Positions 59,771 to 64,000 of a stretch of DNA of 64,000 nt are shown piece after piece; position 1 is the first letter of the stretch, and every line of letters starts with the position of its first letter. The notes under the pieces are model-generated. The model worked only from the letters and a program-made list of their open reading frames with translations. It was not told the origin of the DNA and did not search any database. The DNA lies in the NCBI GenBank assembly GCA_963717145.1, contig OY970325.1, forward strand, positions 768,001 to 832,000, written 5' to 3'. This DNA comes from an uncultured Armatimonadetes bacterium (GTDB lineage Bacteria > Armatimonadota > UBA5829 > DTJY01). Position numbers and translations under genes: made by a program.

Positions 59771-61042
59771 ATGAGACTGACAGCAACCGAAGAGACTCAT
59801 GAGCATGACCCCCTCGAAGTGCGCCGGAGTTTTCGGCGGCTCTCGATGGACGTTATCTTCTACATATGTGGGCTCGCATTCATCGACAGCTCGACCGTTC
59901 TCCCGGCATTCCTCGCGACTCTCACCAACTCGTCGATCGTCATCGGCGCCATCATCGCCATCAGACCCGCCGGACTGTTCATCCCCCAACTCTGGACCGC
60001 TCATTATCTGCGGAACAGAAAGCGGCACATGGGATTCCTGCTCAAGGTCGCCGCGATCTCGCGACTGGGAGTTGCCGCCTTCGCGGTCGTGTTGTTCATT
60101 GCGGGTCCCGACGATCGTGTGCTGATGCTCGTGGCGTTCCTCCTTATGTACTCCGCGTTCTGGTTCTCCGAAGGCGGAGCGGGAGTCCCATGGACCGACC
60201 TCGTCGCGAAGACGATCCCCGAGCGGCAGCGCGGTCGGCTCTTCGGGTTCACACAGTTCGGCGGTGGGATACTAGCACTTTTCGCCGGGCTGCTCGTCAG
60301 TCGGATGCTTTCCCCCAGAGGTCCCGCGTATCCTACGAACTATGCCGTGATCTGCGCGATTGCGGCCGTCTTGTTCTGGGCAAGCTTCATCGCGCTCTCG
60401 ACGGTCCGCGAGCCGGAGGGCCCGCCGGAGGAACAGGACGGCGACTTCCTGAAGTATCTGAAGGGGATCGGAGCGATGCTGGCGGCGCACGCCGAGTTGA
60501 AGCGGTTTCTGCTGGTGCAGATTCTGATCGGATTCTACGCCATGTCGATGCCGTTCTACATCCTGTACGCGAAGGAGTCGATGAACATCGGCGGGGGTAC
60601 CGTCGGCCTCTTTCTCTCAATGCAAGTGGCGGGGAGCATCGTCGCAAGCGCGATCGTCGGCTTCGTGAGCGACCATCGCAGCCCGAAGGCGGCTGTCGTT
60701 GCGTCCGCATTTGCCGGAGTGCTCGCGCCGGTACTGGCATTGGTCTTCGGCGGTTCGTCGGTGTGGCTATTCGGCATGGTCTTCTTCGCGGCGGGCGCGT
60801 TCGGTGGAAGCACATGGATCGGGCTGACGAACTATCTCCTCGAACTCGCGGAACCGCGCGAGAGGCGGTCGTACATCGGGCTGATGAACTCCGCGAATGC
60901 GCCGACTATGGTCTTTCCGGTCGTCGGAGGGCTGATAGTCCAGGTGGTTTCCTATGAGGCGGTATTCGCCATAACCGCGCTCGCGCTGCTCCTGGCGCTC
61001 ATCCTTTCATTCGGATTGGTCTCAAAGGGGCGATCCGGGTGA
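59771..61042 (+). CDS. MFS transporter
   Basis: 12 TM pattern, WTDLVAKTIPERQRGRLFG, GFVSDH. Confidence 0.88.
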   Translation: MRLTATEETHEHDPLEVRRSFRRLSMDVIFYICGLAFIDSSTVLPAFLATLTNSSIVIGAIIAIRPAGLFIPQLWTAHYLRNRKRHMGFLLKVAAISRLGVAAFAVVLFIAGPDDRVLMLVAFLLMYSAFWFSEGGAGVPWTDLVAKTIPERQRGRLFGFTQFGGGILALFAGLLVSRMLSPRGPAYPTNYAVICAIAAVLFWASFIALSTVREPEGPPEEQDGDFLKYLKGIGAMLAAHAELKRFLLVQILIGFYAMSMPFYILYAKESMNIGGGTVGLFLSMQVAGSIVASAIVGFVSDHRSPKAAVVASAFAGVLAPVLALVFGGSSVWLFGMVFFAAGAFGGSTWIGLTNYLLELAEPRERRSYIGLMNSANAPTMVFPVVGGLIVQVVSYEAVFAITALALLLALILSFGLVSKGRSG

Positions 61043-61123
61043 TCGACGGTCCGGCGGGGGCTATACGTCCTCCACGTGGATCGCGGACTTGTGCTAGAAT
61101 GGTGCATCGTTTGACAGGCAGGA

Positions 61124-62692
61124 ATGTTCATGATTGTTGAGTATCAGACTCGGCGCGAGCTTCGGAGGGTAATGGCGCAGACGGAATCCGGCTCCCTCGA
61201 TGCCATCGTCCTCGCCGCGGGTGAGGAAGATGCCGCGAGTCTTGAAGAGTGCGTGAGGGTGCTCCGACCGGGCGGCCTGCTTTTCGTCCAGGGGACGCCG
61301 CAAAGTCTCCCGGAGGTCGGGGTGTTTCTCGACGCCCGACTCCGTTTCAAGTACTGGATCGCGATCGAGTCCGAGAAGTGCGGGAACCTCGGTCTGCCGT
61401 CCGTTCACGCCGGGGTTCTTCTTTTCGCCAAAGAGGGAAAAGGGTTCAAGATCACGCCGATGCGTTCCCCGCATCAGTTCTGCGCGTCATGCGGGCGGAG
61501 TCTGAGGGACTGGGGTGGGAAGACGCACCTCATGCACCCTCAGGGATTCGCCCTCTCGGATGTGTGGATGCACCTGAGTCCGGCGGACAACTACTCGAGG
61601 CTCTCCCGTCCGACGCTCGATGCTGTTCTCGGCATGATCCCGGAGGACTCTCGCGGACTCATATGTTTGGAGGGAAGGATCTCGGCCCGAGAACCCGCGC
61701 CGGTTCCTCATCCTCGGACGAATGAGATCGATCCCGGTCTGGTTGATGTGATCCACTGCGGTGATGCGTTGGAGATTCTTGACAAGTACCCCGACAACTC
61801 CGTTGACCTGGTGTTCGCCGATCCTCCGTATAACCTCAACAAGGACTACGGATCGTATGAAGACGGCACGGAGGAGCAGCATTACATCGAGTGGTGCAAT
61901 GCCTGGCTCTCGGAGTACGCCCGGATATTGAAGCCGACTGGATCGCTCTACGCGCTCAATCTTCCCCGATGGGCGATGCATCAGGCCGCATTCCTGAATC
62001 AGCGTCTTCACTTCCAGAACTGGATCGTCTGGAATGCTCTCTCCGAACCGCGCGGGAAGCTCATGCCGGCGCACTACGGACTGCTCTTCTATACCAAACA
62101 TGCGGCCAACTTCACCTTCAACTACGACGAGGTCGGCGGTCTCGATTCGCGACACTATTGTTTGCGCGCCGGGTGTATCCGCGACCGGAAGAAGTCAGGC
62201 GAGGACGACAAGGAGACGCTGACCGACATCTGGTGGGACATCCACAGGATCAGGCACAAGAAGGACCGGGATTGGCATCCGTGCCAACTGCCCGACGCGC
62301 TCATGGAGCGGATCATCCGCTTGTCGAGTAACCCCGGGGACATTGTCCTCGACGCGCTCTGTGGTGCAGGCACGACTCCAGTGATCGCCGCGAAACTGGG
62401 GCGGCGTTACGTGGGGATCGACATCGACCCGGATTATGTGGCGATCACGGAGGAGAAGCTGCGGTCGATCCGGGAAAGCGGATCGGTCATCCGGGGCAGC
62501 ACCACTAAGACGAAGCTTGCGATCTCCAAGAAGGAGCTTCAACTCGAGCTGCGAAGCATCGCGTCTGAACTCGGTCGCCTGCCAACGCCGGACGACATCG
62601 AGCGGATGTCGGCGTATGGTCTCGATGCCTTTCTGTCGACGTTCCCGACCTGGAGCAAGGCCCTAAAGGCCGCAAAGCTGGAGGTTCCTTGA
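61124..62692 (+). CDS. N4/N6 (beta-class) DNA methyltransferase with a degenerate N-terminal MTase-like module and C-terminal homing-endonuclease-associated repeat; orphan
   Basis: DLVFADPPYN, HPCQLP...IVLDALCGAGTT; N-terminal CVRVLRPGG...LSDVW; C-terminal ELGRLPT...FPTWSKALKAAKL. Confidence 0.85.
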   Translation: MFMIVEYQTRRELRRVMAQTESGSLDAIVLAAGEEDAASLEECVRVLRPGGLLFVQGTPQSLPEVGVFLDARLRFKYWIAIESEKCGNLGLPSVHAGVLLFAKEGKGFKITPMRSPHQFCASCGRSLRDWGGKTHLMHPQGFALSDVWMHLSPADNYSRLSRPTLDAVLGMIPEDSRGLICLEGRISAREPAPVPHPRTNEIDPGLVDVIHCGDALEILDKYPDNSVDLVFADPPYNLNKDYGSYEDGTEEQHYIEWCNAWLSEYARILKPTGSLYALNLPRWAMHQAAFLNQRLHFQNWIVWNALSEPRGKLMPAHYGLLFYTKHAANFTFNYDEVGGLDSRHYCLRAGCIRDRKKSGEDDKETLTDIWWDIHRIRHKKDRDWHPCQLPDALMERIIRLSSNPGDIVLDALCGAGTTPVIAAKLGRRYVGIDIDPDYVAITEEKLRSIRESGSVIRGSTTKTKLAISKKELQLELRSIASELGRLPTPDDIERMSAYGLDAFLSTFPTWSKALKAAKLEVP

Positions 62693-63903
62693 ACGCCAGA
62701 GTCTCCCTCGTCAAGTGCGAGGACTACACTCCCTCGAACGTCCTCCTGGCTGTGAAGGAGGCCGTCGATCTCATCGGCGGGATCGAGCAGTTCGTGTCGT
62801 CGGGGCAGAGGGTGCTCATCAAGCCGAATCTCCTCTCCCCAAAGCCACCTGAAGCCGGGGTATGCACTCATCCGTCGGTGGTGGAATCGATAGTTGGTCT
62901 GGCGATGGCAGCCGGGGCGAGGTGCTCTGTCGGCGACTGTCCCTCCATCGCCGGGGATTCGCCTCAGGGGTACGAACGACTTCTCGAAGCCACGGGGATG
63001 GCCGAAGTCATCCGACGAACGGGGATCGACTCCATCCGACTCGATGACTCATCCGAGGAACGTGAGATCCCCGATGCGAAGGTCTACCGCCGGATGCCTG
63101 TGACGGGCGCGCTAGTGGAGGCCGATGCGCTCATCAACGTCCCGAAGTTCAAGACGCACGAACTGACTCTCCTCACGGGAGCGGTCAAGAACCTCTTCGG
63201 ATGCGTTCCAGGTCGGCGCAAGATAGGATTTCACCTCCAGGCCGGCTGCAACCCTGAGATGTTCGCGCAGATACTGGTGGACCTGCTGCGGACAGTGAGG
63301 CCGGTGCTCTCGATCATGGACGGGATCGTCGGCATGGACGGCCAGGGACCGGCTGCCGGTCGGAGGAGGACTTTCGGGGTGATCCTCGCCTCCGCCGATC
63401 CCGTCGCACTCGATGCGGTCGCCTGCGCCATCGCGGGATTCGACCCGATGATCGTGCCGATGCTCCGACTCGCGGGCGAGCAGGGATTGGGGGTCGCCGA
63501 TCTCTCGCAGATCGAGATAGTCGGCGCGTCGGTGGATGATGTCCGGATCGAGGACTTCCTCCTTCCGCCGAGGGGCGATATCGTCAGCCGCCTGCCTAAG
63601 CCGCTCTATCGGATGCTCCGGAACCACATGGTTCGGAAGCCGGTCTTCCTCCGGGAGAAATGTACCGGCTGCCGAACCTGCATCCTCGGCTGCCCGGTTG
63701 ACGCCATAGCGGGCGAGGGTAAGAAGCTCAGGATCGATTACTCCAGGTGCATCAGGTGTTACTGCTGCCAGGAGGTCTGCCCCGAGGTGGCGATTCCGCT
63801 GGTCATGAGCCCGCTCAGGAACTCGATCGAGGGGGCCCTCGCCATTCGCCGCAGACTCCGTCGCTTGGTGAAGCGTGAAGCTTCGGGCCGGAAGAGGGTC
63901 TAA
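62689..63903 (+). CDS. DUF362 domain protein with 2x[4Fe-4S] ferredoxin
   Basis: VLIKPNLL, PKFKTH, GAVKNLFG, DPVALD; CTGCRTCILGCP and CIRCYCCQEVCP. Confidence 0.92.
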   Translation: MNARVSLVKCEDYTPSNVLLAVKEAVDLIGGIEQFVSSGQRVLIKPNLLSPKPPEAGVCTHPSVVESIVGLAMAAGARCSVGDCPSIAGDSPQGYERLLEATGMAEVIRRTGIDSIRLDDSSEEREIPDAKVYRRMPVTGALVEADALINVPKFKTHELTLLTGAVKNLFGCVPGRRKIGFHLQAGCNPEMFAQILVDLLRTVRPVLSIMDGIVGMDGQGPAAGRRRTFGVILASADPVALDAVACAIAGFDPMIVPMLRLAGEQGLGVADLSQIEIVGASVDDVRIEDFLLPPRGDIVSRLPKPLYRMLRNHMVRKPVFLREKCTGCRTCILGCPVDAIAGEGKKLRIDYSRCIRCYCCQEVCPEVAIPLVMSPLRNSIEGALAIRRRLRRLVKREASGRKRV

Positions 63904-63966
63904 AGCTACAGATCACAGGATCCGTCAGGACTAGCGGGGTCACCATTATCAGAAAAGGAGAGAGCA

Positions 63967-64000
63967 ATGAAACGAACCATTCTCGTGTTTACAGTCGCCA
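63967..64000 (+). CDS. Start of a probable exported protein (truncated by window edge)
   Basis: AAGGAG RBS then MKRTILVFTVA. Confidence 0.5.
   Translation, partial: MKRTILVFTVA

Noticed and set aside
53644-62692. Complete restriction-modification or defence island
   Set aside because: No recognisable endonuclease or other defence gene; neighbours are housekeeping genes

Overview
A GC-rich bacterial chromosome segment with about 50 protein-coding genes and no recognisable rRNA, tRNA or CRISPR array. Gene content suggests an anaerobic or facultative diderm, possibly Armatimonadota-like (inference only). Main blocks in order: an RsbU-like phosphatase and RsbW-like protein, both with degenerate catalytic motifs; two tandem exported paralogues behind an ECF-type promoter; an ECF sigma/anti-sigma fusion; an orphan glycyl-radical enzyme; a 13-kb exported carbohydrate-catabolic cluster (3 Tat Gfo/Idh/MocA, ApbE, 2 DUF6807, SGNH, SSS symporter, 3 TIM-barrel isomerase/epimerases); a large amidase-like surface protein behind a structured, terminated leader; an ftsEX-envC-ctp-ctp-deacetylase-LysM envelope operon in which one Ctp lacks its catalytic Lys; lemA-htpX; and two orphan DNA methyltransferases. 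The strongest non-coding signal is a dense set of palindromic repeat families. It includes an intact REP-associated tyrosine transposase (RAYT) surrounded by 9 REPs, an internally deleted second Y1 transposase between inverted repeats that the ORF track misses, and repeats inserted in frame inside genes. About nine single-base frameshifts, including one in ftsE, are most likely long-read assembly errors. All calls come from reading motifs; no database search was run.
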